From Deltaproteobacteria bacterium (GTDB lineage Bacteria; Myxococcota_A; UBA9160; SMWR01), in the NCBI GenBank assembly GCA_032128115.1, contig JAQBHB010000036.1, positions 1-64,000 of the forward strand: 64,000 nt of DNA, read 5' to 3'. The notes under the pieces were generated by a model. The model saw only the letters and a list, made by a program, of their open reading frames with translations. It did not search any database and was not told the origin of the DNA. Numbering within the stretch: the first letter of the stretch is position 1; every line of letters starts with the position of its first letter. The translations under genes and the position numbers were made by a program. Below, one piece after another: positions 43,525-53,901 of this stretch.

Positions 43525-44190
43525 GTGTTCCGTATCGTTGCTGTTCTTGCGCTCTTCCTTCTGATTCCCGCTGCGGGATCGGCCGTCCTCATCGATTCGT
43601 TCGACGATGCGGAAAACACGACCGCAAACTCTGGCACCCCCGCGGACAACGCGGCCACGGCATCTGGCTCGTTCCTGGGGACCAACCGCCAGCTCGACAC
43701 GACCTGGACGTCGGGCACCAACGACGTCGATGGCGAGATCGACTCGGGCGGCAGCAGCCTGCTCAGCGTGGCCCTGGGGTCCAGCACCCTGGGCACCGTT
43801 TCGGTCCTCTGGCAGAACATCGGGGGCGCCGACCTCACTGCGGGCAGCACCCTGAATGCCATCGGCCTCTTGATCGACTTCGACGATTTGCCGGCCGACA
43901 TCACGATCACCGTGACCGACGGCAGCAGCAACTCGGGTTCGTCGGGCACGACCACTGCGGGTGGGATCTTCGTTCCCACCACGGAGGCCCTGCTCTTCTC
44001 GTCATTCAGCGGCAGCGTCGACTTCAGCGACGTGGAGACGATCTTGTTGTTCATCGATCCGCTGTTCGCGGCGACGGACCTGCAGATCGACTTCATCGAG
44101 TCGACCTTTGTTCCCGAGCCGGGCACCGCCCTGCTGCTGGGGCTGGGACTCGTGGGCCTGGGCGTGCGAGGGCGGAACCGCCGCGCCTAG
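43525..44190 (+). CDS. PEP-CTERM surface protein
   Basis: GGAGG RBS and signal peptide; Ser/Thr/Asp-rich body; VPEPGTALLLGLGLVGLGVRGRNRRA. Confidence 0.92.
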   Translation: MFRIVAVLALFLLIPAAGSAVLIDSFDDAENTTANSGTPADNAATASGSFLGTNRQLDTTWTSGTNDVDGEIDSGGSSLLSVALGSSTLGTVSVLWQNIGGADLTAGSTLNAIGLLIDFDDLPADITITVTDGSSNSGSSGTTTAGGIFVPTTEALLFSSFSGSVDFSDVETILLFIDPLFAATDLQIDFIESTFVPEPGTALLLGLGLVGLGVRGRNRRA

Positions 44191-44216
44191 CGCGAACTCC
44201 AGGAGCGCCGGATTTC

Positions 44217-44251
44217 GAGGCGCAGCCCCACCGGGCTGCGCCTCTTTCTTT
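44217..44251 (+). terminator. Intrinsic terminator
   Basis: GAGGCGCAGCCC-cacc-GGGCTGCGCCTC followed by TTTCTTT. Confidence 0.85.
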
Positions 44252-44293
44252 GTGGGACCGGGCCGCAGATGCCTCCGGTAGACTGCAGCCGGT

Positions 44294-45718
44294 ATGGACG
44301 AGCTGGTCGAGCGTCTTCGCAGTGACCTGGGAGATCGGGTTCACACGGATCCCGAGACGCTGAATGCCCACTGGCGCGACGCCTGGGTGCTTTCGGAGCT
44401 TGACGATCTGGAGGATCGTGCACCGGCGCGGCCCCGAGCGGTGGTCGTCGCGCAGAGCACCGCGGACGTCTCGCGCACCCTGGTCTTGTGCCGCGCGGCA
44501 CGCGTCCCCGTCGTTCCGTTCGGAGGCGGCTCAGGAGTGTGCGGCGCCATCGTGGTTCCCGACGGGGCGGTGGTGCTGTCCACGGCCGGTCTCTCCGGTC
44601 TGCGCGAGATCGACGACCGCAATCTCACCGCCAGCTTCGGCGCCGGCACCAACGGCATGCAGGCCGAGCGGGCGGTCGAAGCCCACGGCCTCACCATCGG
44701 TCACTGGCCCCAGTCGATCGAAATCTCCACAGTAGGGGGTTGGGTGGCGACCCGTGCCTCGGGTCAGTTCTCCACCGGCTACGGCAACATCGAAGACATC
44801 CTGCTCGATCTCGAGGCCGTGCTCCCGGACGGAAGCGTGCTGCGCACGCGCCGCACGCCGCGGGCTTCTGCGGGCCCCGACCTGCGTCAGATCTTTCTGG
44901 GAAGCGAGGGCACGCTGGGGGTGGTGACCGAGGTGACCTTCTCGCTGCGCGCCCAGCCAGAGGCGCGCCACGGTCAGGCCTTCCACTTCGCCGATCTCGA
45001 GAGTGGACTCGAGTCGATACGCCTGCTGATGCGCGTGGGCTGGCGGCCGCCGGTGGTGCGCCTCTACGACGCCGCCGAGTCCGGGCGTCACTTTGGCGAT
45101 GATTGTCCTTCGGGCCGCGCCATGTTGATCCTGTTGCACGAAGGCCCCGCCGCCGGAGTGGAGGCCGAGCGCGAGGCGGTGGCGAAGCTCTGCAGCGAAC
45201 GCGGTGGCGTCGGCGCGGACGCAGGCGTCGTGGATCACTGGATGCGCGAGCGCAATCACGTGCCGGGGTTCCGGGATTTCCTCGAGAAAGGCGTCGTTCT
45301 CGACACCATCGAAGTGGCCTGCACCTGGGATCGGGTGAGCGAGCTCTACCAGCGCGCCACGGATTCGCTGCGGCAGGTGCCGGGCATGCTGCTGGCCAGC
45401 GCCCACTCGAGCCACAGCTACCGGTCGGGGACCAACCTCTACATCACCTTCGTGGCCCGGCCGGAAAGCCCCGCCGGAATGCGCGACACCTATCGCCAGT
45501 GCTGGCGTCGCACCATGGAGGCCGTGCTGGCGGTGGGGGGTGGCATCGCCCACCACCACGGGATCGGCAGGGTGCGCAAGGACGTGTTGTCCGGCGAGAT
45601 CGGGGCGGGAGGCGTGGCCCTGTTGCGCGCCCTGAAGGCAGCGCTCGACCCGGAGGGTCTGCTCAACCCCGGGGCCCTGCTGCCCGACGCGGGGACGAGC
45701 GAATCCGCGGTGCGCTAG
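44294..45718 (+). CDS. FAD-linked oxidase, alkyl-DHAP synthase-like
   Basis: PFGGGSGV, GHWPQS, STVGGW, GSEGTLG, HSSHSY, HHHGIG, LNPG. Confidence 0.85.
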   Translation: MDELVERLRSDLGDRVHTDPETLNAHWRDAWVLSELDDLEDRAPARPRAVVVAQSTADVSRTLVLCRAARVPVVPFGGGSGVCGAIVVPDGAVVLSTAGLSGLREIDDRNLTASFGAGTNGMQAERAVEAHGLTIGHWPQSIEISTVGGWVATRASGQFSTGYGNIEDILLDLEAVLPDGSVLRTRRTPRASAGPDLRQIFLGSEGTLGVVTEVTFSLRAQPEARHGQAFHFADLESGLESIRLLMRVGWRPPVVRLYDAAESGRHFGDDCPSGRAMLILLHEGPAAGVEAEREAVAKLCSERGGVGADAGVVDHWMRERNHVPGFRDFLEKGVVLDTIEVACTWDRVSELYQRATDSLRQVPGMLLASAHSSHSYRSGTNLYITFVARPESPAGMRDTYRQCWRRTMEAVLAVGGGIAHHHGIGRVRKDVLSGEIGAGGVALLRALKAALDPEGLLNPGALLPDAGTSESAVR

Positions 45719-45772
45719 CATGGCCGGCCCTCCGGCCGCGTGGGCCGGAGAACCACCAGGCGAACGAGAGGC

Positions 45773-46858
45773 ATGGTCGATCCGAAGCGCGCGGGCGTGT
45801 CGGCGAAGGATTGGGAAGAGGCGACGGCCTCCTGCCACGAGCTTCGCGTGGCGAAGATCGTGGAGGAGACCCACGACGCCCGCTCCATCGTGCTCGCGGT
45901 GCCCGAGTCCCTGCGCGGGCGCTTCGCCTACAAGGCGGGGCAGTTCCTCAGCTTCAAGATCCCGTATCGGGGCGTGGTGCTGACGCGCAGCTATTCCCTG
46001 TGCAGTTCGCCCGAGTGCGATCCGGAGCACAAGATCGCCGTCAAGCGGGTCGACGACGGCAGGGTCTCCAACTGGATGAACGACGAGCTTCGCGAGGACG
46101 ACACCTTGATGGTGGTGCCGCCGGCGGGCTTCTTCGTGCTCGACGACGCGACCAACAAGCTGGTGCTCTTCAGCGGCGGCAGCGGCATCACGCCGTGCAT
46201 CGCGTTGATCAAGACGGCACTCGTCACCACGCGTCGAGATCTCAAGCTGGTGTACGCCAACCGCGACGCCCGCTCGATCATCTTCCAGCAGGAGCTCGAG
46301 GCGTTGCGCGAAAAGCACGGAGATCGCTTCGAGATCGTGCACTCGCTCGACGACGTGGACGGGTTCCTGGATCTGCACGCGGTCAAGCGCCACGTGGGCG
46401 ATGACGTGGGTGCCGACTTCTACCTGTGCGGCCCGGGCCCCTTCATGGCGACGGTGGAGGCATCTCTCGAAGAGATGGGCGTGCACATGGACCGTATCCA
46501 TGTGGAGCACTTCGCATCGCCCGCGGATCCCGGAGAGGCGGCAGAGGAAGCGGCGGCACCTGCCGCCGAGGGCGAGGTGGTGCCCGACTCGATCACGGTG
46601 GTGCTCGATGGGGTGACCCACCAGGTTCCCTACGAAGCGGGGGAGAAGGTGCTGCACGCGGTGCGGCGTGCGGGCCTCGAGCCCCCCTTCTCGTGCGAGG
46701 AGGGCTACTGCTCGTGCTGCATGGCGAAGCTCGTCGGCGGCCAGGTGCAGATGGCCACCAACGACTGCCTGACCCCCGAGCTCCTGGAAGAGGGCTGGGT
46801 GCTCACCTGCCAGTCGCGCTGCGTGAGCGCCAGGATCCGGGTCGAATACCCGGACTGA
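45773..46858 (+). CDS. FNR-type reductase with C-terminal 2Fe-2S (KshB/PaaE-like)
   Basis: RSYSL, GRVSNW, GGSGITP, YLCGP, CEEGYCSCC, LTCQ. Confidence 0.9.
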   Translation: MVDPKRAGVSAKDWEEATASCHELRVAKIVEETHDARSIVLAVPESLRGRFAYKAGQFLSFKIPYRGVVLTRSYSLCSSPECDPEHKIAVKRVDDGRVSNWMNDELREDDTLMVVPPAGFFVLDDATNKLVLFSGGSGITPCIALIKTALVTTRRDLKLVYANRDARSIIFQQELEALREKHGDRFEIVHSLDDVDGFLDLHAVKRHVGDDVGADFYLCGPGPFMATVEASLEEMGVHMDRIHVEHFASPADPGEAAEEAAAPAAEGEVVPDSITVVLDGVTHQVPYEAGEKVLHAVRRAGLEPPFSCEEGYCSCCMAKLVGGQVQMATNDCLTPELLEEGWVLTCQSRCVSARIRVEYPD

Positions 46859-49259
46859 ACGCCGTCTGTGTGCCCCGCACCCGCGGCGCTGCGCCGAAGC
46901 GAACCAGCAGGGCCGGTGCCACCAGCACGTCGGCCAGGAACGCCGACACGATTGCGAAGCCCGTGAAGATCCCCATCTGCACCAGGTTCTGCATGGTGGC
47001 GAACGTGTACACGAGGAAGCCCGACGCCAGCACGATGGAAGTGAACAGCATGGCGCGCCCGGTGGTCTCCAGGCTGCGTTGCACGGCCAGGTGCGGGTCG
47101 CCGGTCATGGCGGAATAGCGCTGGAACTGGTGGGCGAAATGGATGGTGTCGTCGACGGCGATGGAGAGCACCACGGCGCCGCTCATCATCGTGGAGAAGT
47201 CGATGGGGAACCCGAGCCATCCCATCAGACCCAGGGTCAGTGCAATCGGCGCCAGGTTCGGGATCATGCTGAGCAGGCCGCCTCGCAGGCTGCCCAGCAC
47301 CAGGATCATGAGCGGTGTCACTACCAGGAGCGCGATGGCGTAGGAACTCGCCATGCTCCGGATCATCCCGGTGAACGTTCCCGCGTGGAGCGCCAGGGAG
47401 CCGGTCACGGTGATCCCCACATCGTCGCCGAGCAGCTGGCGGAACTTCTCCTCGATCTCGGCGATCACAGGCATGTGGTCGAAAGCGTCGGCATCGGTGA
47501 CCCGCAGCGAGAAGCTCGCCAGCTGGAAGCGCGAGTCCACCACGTCTTCCAGGTCGTCGCTGCCCGTGTTCTCGAACAGCAGGAACTCCTGGGCCACCAG
47601 GCGGCGATCGTCGGGAATCGCGTAGAACGCCGGGCGGTTCTCGTTCAGGGCCTGGTGGATTTCCTGGAGCACGTCGGCGGCCGACACGGTCTTGCCCACC
47701 GTGACGTGGTTGCGATCGATGGTTTCGCTCCACACCCGAAGCTCTTCGAGCCGGGCCAGCAGCGTAGGATCGTGAAGACCGTTATCCACCCGCGTGTCCA
47801 GCACGATCTCCAGGGGCGCGCTGCCGCCGAATCGCTCGTCGAGGATCTCGGCGGCGATGCGCACCGGCTCGTCTTCCGGCATCCAGGTGACCGGGTTGTG
47901 GGAGAACCGCAGCTGCCCGATGCCCGTGGCGCTCAGCACCATCAGGAGCGCCAGGCCCGCCAGGACGGCGCTGGGGCGGCGGGTGGCCAGGTTTCCCAGG
48001 GCCGCCAGCACGCCGTCGACCCGCGAGCGCGGCGCATGGATGGGCCGCCTGGAAAGCGGCGCCAGCGCCAGCCCCGCCGGCAGCAACACCACGGTGAACG
48101 CGAACGCGAAGATCACGCCCACGGGCCCGAAGATTCCGAAGTGCGCCACGGGCGCGAGACCTGCGTTGGCAAACGAGGCCAGGCCGCCGGCGGTGGTGAG
48201 GCTCGTCATGGCGATGGGCAGCCCCGAGTGACCCAGGGCGCCAGCGATGGCGTCGACCTTGTCTTCTCCTCGGGACAGGGCCCGGTAGAAGATCGTCAGC
48301 ACGTGGATCGAATCGCCCACCCCCACCGCCAGCAGGAACGAAGGCAGCACCTGGATCGGCAGCGTGATGGGCACACCCGCCGCCGCCATGCTGGCGATGG
48401 TGCAGAGCAACGCGAGCAGCACCACGGCCAGGGGCAACAGCACTCCCGACAGCCGCCGGAAGAGTACGTACAGAAGCAGCGTCATGATGCACACGGCGAG
48501 CGTCACGAACAGCGCGATGTCGCGCTGCATGGCCTTCATGAGCCGGGTCTCGATCATCGGGCCGCCTGTGGCGTGCAGACGGAAGTCCGGTCCATCGAAG
48601 CGTTCCATCACGCCCAGCGTGGCGTCGGCGATGGCGTAGGCCTCCTGCTCCGTGAGGAACGGGTGGCCCACCTGCGCGCTCTCGTCGTCGAATCCGGACA
48701 GTTCCTCGACTCGCGCGCCGAGAGACGAATACGTGTCCGGTTCGACGAGCACGCTGGTGAGCCGCCCGTCCTCCGAGATCCAGAGATTCCGATAGAGCGG
48801 GTGCGCGAGCACGATCTCGCGGATGCGCGCCAGATCGGCGTCGTTGCGGGGCCAGTCCTCCAGCAGGTCGTCGACGATGAGCTCGTCTGCGACGCCGCGG
48901 GTGTAGCGGACGTTGATCAGGCTCGTGACCTCGTGCACCTGGGGGACGTCGCGCTCGAGCGCCCGGTGGAACGCGCGCAGCTTCTCGAGGAACGCCAGGT
49001 TGAAGACATCCGGCGGCTCGACGGCGATGAAGATCGAGCCCTCGCGCTGGAACTGTGCGCGGAAGGCGTCGTAGTGGACGCGCGCCGGGTCGTCCGGGTG
49101 CAGAAAGGCCTGGTCGGAGCCGTCGATCGCGAGTTTCGGCAGCTGGCTTGCGAGGGCGACTACCGCCAGTCCCGTGACCGCCAGCGCTCGCAGGGGGTGC
49201 TGGGCCACGGCGCGTCCCCAACGCTCGAAGCCGTTCTCGATCTGCTGGCGGATCTCCAT
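46803..49259 (-). CDS. MMPL/RND-family transporter (copy 2)
   Basis: VGVGDSIH, TSLTTAGG, IAVDDTIH; two TM repeats. Confidence 0.9.
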   Translation of the reverse strand: MEIRQQIENGFERWGRAVAQHPLRALAVTGLAVVALASQLPKLAIDGSDQAFLHPDDPARVHYDAFRAQFQREGSIFIAVEPPDVFNLAFLEKLRAFHRALERDVPQVHEVTSLINVRYTRGVADELIVDDLLEDWPRNDADLARIREIVLAHPLYRNLWISEDGRLTSVLVEPDTYSSLGARVEELSGFDDESAQVGHPFLTEQEAYAIADATLGVMERFDGPDFRLHATGGPMIETRLMKAMQRDIALFVTLAVCIMTLLLYVLFRRLSGVLLPLAVVLLALLCTIASMAAAGVPITLPIQVLPSFLLAVGVGDSIHVLTIFYRALSRGEDKVDAIAGALGHSGLPIAMTSLTTAGGLASFANAGLAPVAHFGIFGPVGVIFAFAFTVVLLPAGLALAPLSRRPIHAPRSRVDGVLAALGNLATRRPSAVLAGLALLMVLSATGIGQLRFSHNPVTWMPEDEPVRIAAEILDERFGGSAPLEIVLDTRVDNGLHDPTLLARLEELRVWSETIDRNHVTVGKTVSAADVLQEIHQALNENRPAFYAIPDDRRLVAQEFLLFENTGSDDLEDVVDSRFQLASFSLRVTDADAFDHMPVIAEIEEKFRQLLGDDVGITVTGSLALHAGTFTGMIRSMASSYAIALLVVTPLMILVLGSLRGGLLSMIPNLAPIALTLGLMGWLGFPIDFSTMMSGAVVLSIAVDDTIHFAHQFQRYSAMTGDPHLAVQRSLETTGRAMLFTSIVLASGFLVYTFATMQNLVQMGIFTGFAIVSAFLADVLVAPALLVRFGAAPRVRGTQTAFSPGIRPGSWRSRSATGR

Positions 49260-49291
49260 GGCCGCAGCGTGGCGTTCGCAACGGAAGATGT

Positions 49292-49321
49292 CCTGATGAG
49301 AACCTGGGGGTTTCCTGGGGG
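49292..49321 (-). promoter_or_regulatory. Three 11-bp-phased direct repeats upstream of MMPL copy 2
   Basis: Minus strand CCCCCAGG-aaa-CCCCCAGG-ttc-TCATCAGG (CCTG at 49292, 49303, 49314). Confidence 0.6.
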
Positions 49322-49347
49322 TGTTGCTGTGTTCGAAGCTATTGAAA

Positions 49348-52300
49348 TTACTGGAGTTTTTCTGCCATCCGGGATGCGAGTTCGGGATATCGGCGGCCCG
49401 AGCGGGGCGCGTTCCGGATGCCGCATCGGCGCCAACCGGCGATCGCCTCGTCCATCAGCAGCCGGGCCCGCCTCGCATCGCCGGTGGCCCCGCGCCGGAG
49501 CAACATGTGGGCGTAGCTGGCCCGGGTCGAATGCGGAGCCAGGACCAGTCCCATGCCGGTCTCGCGCGCCAGGGCGCGCTCGAATTGTACTGCGGCCGCG
49601 TCGAAGCGTCCGAGTACCGTGTCGAGTCCCGCCAGCATCGTGCCCACGCTGGCCATGGGCACACGAAGAAGGTCGTGCACCATCACCAGGTCTGCGTAGG
49701 GCGCCAGCAGCTCGCGCAGCTGCTCCGCCCGGGCGCGGTCTTCCAGCACCATGGCCAGCCCGCCGAACGATCCGATGGTCGGTAGCCAGTGCTCGTCGCG
49801 AGGAATGCTTGCAAATTCGTCCACCGCCAACTCGTCCAGTTCGCGCTGGGCTCGCGGGGTCTCGCCCTGTTCGGCCCACACCTGCGCCAGCGTCGCCCGG
49901 ATTGCCGGTGCCCAGCTGTACGGCGATTCGATCATCTCGCCGAAGAAGATCGGGCTCTCTTCCACATCGTCGCGATCGCCCCGGGCCAGACGCACGAAGT
50001 ACATCTGCCCGGCGTACACGAAGTTCGCGTAGTCCACGGTGCCGCGCCCGCGCTCGCGAGCCTCGCGGATCAGCGTCTCCGCCTCGTCGAAGTCTCCCAT
50101 CGCCGCCGCGCGGCTGCCGCGCCACACACTTGCCTGCCACTCGAAGAGCGGCTGCCGCAGTTCACTGGCGATCTGTGTGTAGGTGTCGAGCGCGTCGTAG
50201 GCGGCGGAGATCTCGCCCTGCAGCATGTGGGCACCCATCAAGACGTCGTGGCCGGCGGCGGCCAGGCTCTTGTCGTCGATCTCCTGCGCCAGATCGAACA
50301 TCTCCGCCGCCAGGGTGCGCCGCTCCCCGATCCGGTCGGGCCCGAGACAGGCCCAGCGCGATGCCAACAGCACATCGCGCAGGGCCTCGCGATCGCCGGT
50401 GTCGCGAGCCATGGCGCGTGCCTCGCGGCTGAGTTCCGCGCGGGTCGCCATGGAAAGCGAGTGGGGCGGTGTGCCGATGCGCCGGCCCAGGAGGCGGGCC
50501 CGCAGGGCCGGATGGTCGTCGCCGATGGCCAGGAGGGCCTCTTCCACCAGCGCCAGGATGTCGTCGGCCACCGGGGCGCCCATCTCGCCGCCCCGGTAAC
50601 CGAGTGCAGCTCGGGCGAGCAGGTCGGGTCGCGAGAGTGCGCGCGCGATCTCGGCGGCGGCGCGGTAGGCGTCGCGCGCCACCGGCGGGCCCGCAGCGGT
50701 GGCGTGGGCATCGCCGCATTCCAGTAGCAGCTCGCAGCGCCGGGTTTCGTCCCGGGGCACGCACAATTCGAGCGCGTGCACGGCTCGCCCGTACTGGCGC
50801 GCCGCCTCTTCGTACGCCAGCAGACGTTGGGCGCGTTCGGCCGCGCGGGTGCAATAGTGCACCGCCCGCTTCGGGTCGCCGCCCGCAGAGGCCAGGAAGA
50901 AGTGATGTGCCAGCTCCGCCAGGTGGGGCTCCGGATGGGCGCCACAGGCTTCCTCCAGCGCCTCGGCGGTTCGCAGGTGCAGGCGCACGCGCTCCGCGTT
51001 GTCGAGTTCGTCGTACAGGGTCTGTCGGATCAGGGCATGCCCGAAGACGTACACGCCCGGATTCTCGGGAGACTCGGCCAGGACATGGGCCGAAACCGCC
51101 TCCCCCAGCGCGTCGAGCAGCCGATCGCGTTCCACCCCGGACACCCGGGAGAGCTGCCCGCTGGCGAAGTCCCGGCCCAGCACCGAAGCCACACGCAGGA
51201 CGCGATTGCACTCGGACGAAAGCGAATCCAGCCGCCGGCCGATGGCGTCGCGCACGCTCTGGGGAAGAGCCAGGGGAGAAGAGCCCGCCTCGTCCCAGTT
51301 CTCAGCGGGGCCATCCGCCAGCAGCCGCACCACCTCCTGCACGAAGAACGGGTTGCCCTCGGTCATCTCACACACACTCGACAGCATGCGCGCCGATGGG
51401 GGCCGTCCGCCCACGCCTTCCACGAGCAGGGCAACGTCCCGGGCCGGGAGCCCGCGGAGTGCGATACGTTCGCACACGGGCTCGCGAGCCAGGGCCCCGA
51501 GCACGGTCGCCAGCGGGTTGCCCCGGTGCACCTCCACGTCGCGGTAGGCTCCGATCAACAGCACGGGCGCGTGGGCGATCTCACCGGTCGCGAACCGAAG
51601 CAGCTGCAGGGATGCATCGTCTGCCCAGTGCAGATCGTCCAGCATCAGGACAAGCGGCTTGCGTCGCGCCAGTGCCAGCAGGAAGCGCGTCACGCTCTCG
51701 AAGAGACGGAAGCGCGCCTGCTCGTTTCCCAGCGGGGGTGCTTCGGGTACGTCGCCCAGGCGTTCCCGGAGCTCGGGAGCCAGGTTTGCGATCTCGGCGA
51801 CGCCGGGGCCCAGGTCGTGGGGCAACGTGGCCGCGTCGGCATCCTCGATGCAAGCGCGCAGCAACCGCACCCAGGGCCAGAAGGCGGGCGCGCCGCCGCC
51901 TTCGTGGCACCGGGCCGAATACACCAGGGCGCCGCGCCGGCGGGCCTGGGCGCCAAATTCCTGGGCGGTGCGCGTCTTGCCGATCCCGGGTTCACCCACC
52001 AGCAGCAGCAGGCGCCCGTGCCCCGAGAGGGCCGAGGCCAGGCCCGCCCGCAGGCTCTGGATGGCCGGGTCGCGCCCGACGAACGGAGTGTCGGCGGCGG
52101 GCGCGGGCAGGGGGACCAGGTCGCCGTCTGCCCGGGGGCCGCCGGGAGACCGCGCCACGGCAGCGGCGAAGCGGTAGCCGCGACCGTGCACCGTGGCGAT
52201 CACCGCGCCCCGGCGATCGTCGCCCACGGCGCGTCGCACCGCGGCCACGCAGCTGGGGAGCACCGACTCGGACACGGCGGCGCCCTGCCAGACGCCGTCC

Positions 52301-52452
52301 AGCAGCTCGGTCTTGGATACCACCCGTTCCCGGTGGTGCAGCAGGTGCAGCAGCACGTCGAAGGCTCGGGGTTCGAGCTTCACGACCTTCCCGCGTCGTC
52401 GAAGCTGGAACAGCTCCTCGTCGAGTTCGCAGTCGCGAAAGGCGTAGATCAC
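49348..52452 (-). CDS. Large regulator: OmpR-type winged helix + AAA/STAND ATPase + helical repeats
   Basis: LEPRAFDVL...VSKTELLDGVW...TVHGRGYRF; FVGRD; GEPGIGKT; LDDLHWAD; GNPFF. Confidence 0.9.
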   Translation of the reverse strand: MIYAFRDCELDEELFQLRRRGKVVKLEPRAFDVLLHLLHHRERVVSKTELLDGVWQGAAVSESVLPSCVAAVRRAVGDDRRGAVIATVHGRGYRFAAAVARSPGGPRADGDLVPLPAPAADTPFVGRDPAIQSLRAGLASALSGHGRLLLLVGEPGIGKTRTAQEFGAQARRRGALVYSARCHEGGGAPAFWPWVRLLRACIEDADAATLPHDLGPGVAEIANLAPELRERLGDVPEAPPLGNEQARFRLFESVTRFLLALARRKPLVLMLDDLHWADDASLQLLRFATGEIAHAPVLLIGAYRDVEVHRGNPLATVLGALAREPVCERIALRGLPARDVALLVEGVGGRPPSARMLSSVCEMTEGNPFFVQEVVRLLADGPAENWDEAGSSPLALPQSVRDAIGRRLDSLSSECNRVLRVASVLGRDFASGQLSRVSGVERDRLLDALGEAVSAHVLAESPENPGVYVFGHALIRQTLYDELDNAERVRLHLRTAEALEEACGAHPEPHLAELAHHFFLASAGGDPKRAVHYCTRAAERAQRLLAYEEAARQYGRAVHALELCVPRDETRRCELLLECGDAHATAAGPPVARDAYRAAAEIARALSRPDLLARAALGYRGGEMGAPVADDILALVEEALLAIGDDHPALRARLLGRRIGTPPHSLSMATRAELSREARAMARDTGDREALRDVLLASRWACLGPDRIGERRTLAAEMFDLAQEIDDKSLAAAGHDVLMGAHMLQGEISAAYDALDTYTQIASELRQPLFEWQASVWRGSRAAAMGDFDEAETLIREARERGRGTVDYANFVYAGQMYFVRLARGDRDDVEESPIFFGEMIESPYSWAPAIRATLAQVWAEQGETPRAQRELDELAVDEFASIPRDEHWLPTIGSFGGLAMVLEDRARAEQLRELLAPYADLVMVHDLLRVPMASVGTMLAGLDTVLGRFDAAAVQFERALARETGMGLVLAPHSTRASYAHMLLRRGATGDARRARLLMDEAIAGWRRCGIRNAPRSGRRYPELASRMAEKLQ

Positions 52453-52482
52453 CCGCGCAGGGTATCACGCGCGAGCCGCGCC

Positions 52483-53868
52483 CTAGAAGCTGTAGCGGAT
52501 CTCGAAGAAGATGCGGTCGTTGCGGGCGATGTTCTGGAACGTGGCCAGGCTTCCCTTCTGGTAGAAGACGATGCCGCCCGCCAGCTCGAGTGCATCGCGA
52601 AGATCGTAGCTGGCGTCGAGCCGGACGACGCTGCCGTCATTGGCGGTGGGCCCCAGGATCAGCCCCAACAGGGTCATCTGCAGACGATCGTTCAGGAAAT
52701 TTGCGGTGATCCGCGCCGCCGTCTCCATCGAATTCTTCTGCTGCCCGTCGGGGAACGCCTTCAACGCGCTGTCGAAATCGTTGATGTGTCGGTTTGCGAT
52801 CTCCAGGGAAAAGTTCCAGTCGTTGATGCCGTAGTACTCGACGCCCGCCATGAAGTCGGTGCGCGACTTTTCGTCGCTGACGTTGAAATAGTCGTAACCG
52901 TCGATCCAGGCCAGCTCGCTCTTGAACAGCCAGCTTCCCAGGGTGTAGTTGCCGCCGCCGCCCACCAGAAGCAGGCGGTCGTGGTTGAGCTGGGTTCCTG
53001 ACGGATCCAGGAACGCGATGTCCTCGTAGTACGACGCCAGGTTGAGCGAGACGTCCCAGCCCTGGAAGACGCCGTTCGCGGCGAGGCCGTACTCCGGGCT
53101 GCTGGGTTTTCGCTGGGCGGGACTCGAAGCGGGGGCCGGAAAGAAGTCGTTTCCGAAAACCGGCTGGATGCTGAAGCGGATTTCCGGGATCACCAGGCCG
53201 GTGATGCTCCAGGGGCCGATGTAATAATCGCCCCGGATCATCGCCACCCCGAGCTTCAGATCCTCGATGTCGGCCAGGCCCGGCTCCCGGTTGTCCAGCG
53301 GGTTGATCACGTCGAGTACGCGCAGGGAGTCGGAGCGGCCCCAGTTCACGATCTGGCGCCCGATCTTGATGTCGAAGTCTTTGTGGAGGCTTCCGGCCAG
53401 GTAGGCCTCCTGCAGTTGGACATCCCACTCGTAGTTGTTCAAGACCTGCCGGGTGTAGTTCCGGTCGTTGATGATGTACATGAAGTCGTAGAACGCGTAG
53501 CCATCGACGCGAATGCGCCAGTCGGCCGGTAGATTGCCGTCCAGTTCGAGGCCGAGCTTCGTGCGCAGCTTGGAGAGCCCGCCGTAAGGAGCCCCGTTGG
53601 GGGCGGGACCGGTGGACCGGTGGCTCAGATAGTTGACGGAAGTGCTGAGCAGGAGATCCCCGCCCATGTCCCACCAGCTCCAGAACGAGCCGTCCTCGAT
53701 CTCCTCCAGAAGAGATTCGTTGGGCTCGCCGGACTCCTCGTCCCCGTCTTCGAAGCCGCCGAGCAGATCATCCAGGTCGCCTCCGACCTCATCGGCGCGC
53801 ACCGGGGCCGCCGTGACTGCACACGCGGCCGCCAGGGCCGCTGCGAGCAGTCGGACGGGGGCGCGCAT
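52483..53868 (-). CDS. Probable outer-membrane beta-barrel (DUF1302-like)
   Basis: Signal peptide; LQEAY, GRQIVNWG, DVINP; C-terminal EIRYSF. Confidence 0.78.
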   Translation of the reverse strand: MRAPVRLLAAALAAACAVTAAPVRADEVGGDLDDLLGGFEDGDEESGEPNESLLEEIEDGSFWSWWDMGGDLLLSTSVNYLSHRSTGPAPNGAPYGGLSKLRTKLGLELDGNLPADWRIRVDGYAFYDFMYIINDRNYTRQVLNNYEWDVQLQEAYLAGSLHKDFDIKIGRQIVNWGRSDSLRVLDVINPLDNREPGLADIEDLKLGVAMIRGDYYIGPWSITGLVIPEIRFSIQPVFGNDFFPAPASSPAQRKPSSPEYGLAANGVFQGWDVSLNLASYYEDIAFLDPSGTQLNHDRLLLVGGGGNYTLGSWLFKSELAWIDGYDYFNVSDEKSRTDFMAGVEYYGINDWNFSLEIANRHINDFDSALKAFPDGQQKNSMETAARITANFLNDRLQMTLLGLILGPTANDGSVVRLDASYDLRDALELAGGIVFYQKGSLATFQNIARNDRIFFEIRYSF

Positions 53869-53901
53869 CCTCGAACCGCGCACCACTGTTCGTCTCCCGG
53901 G

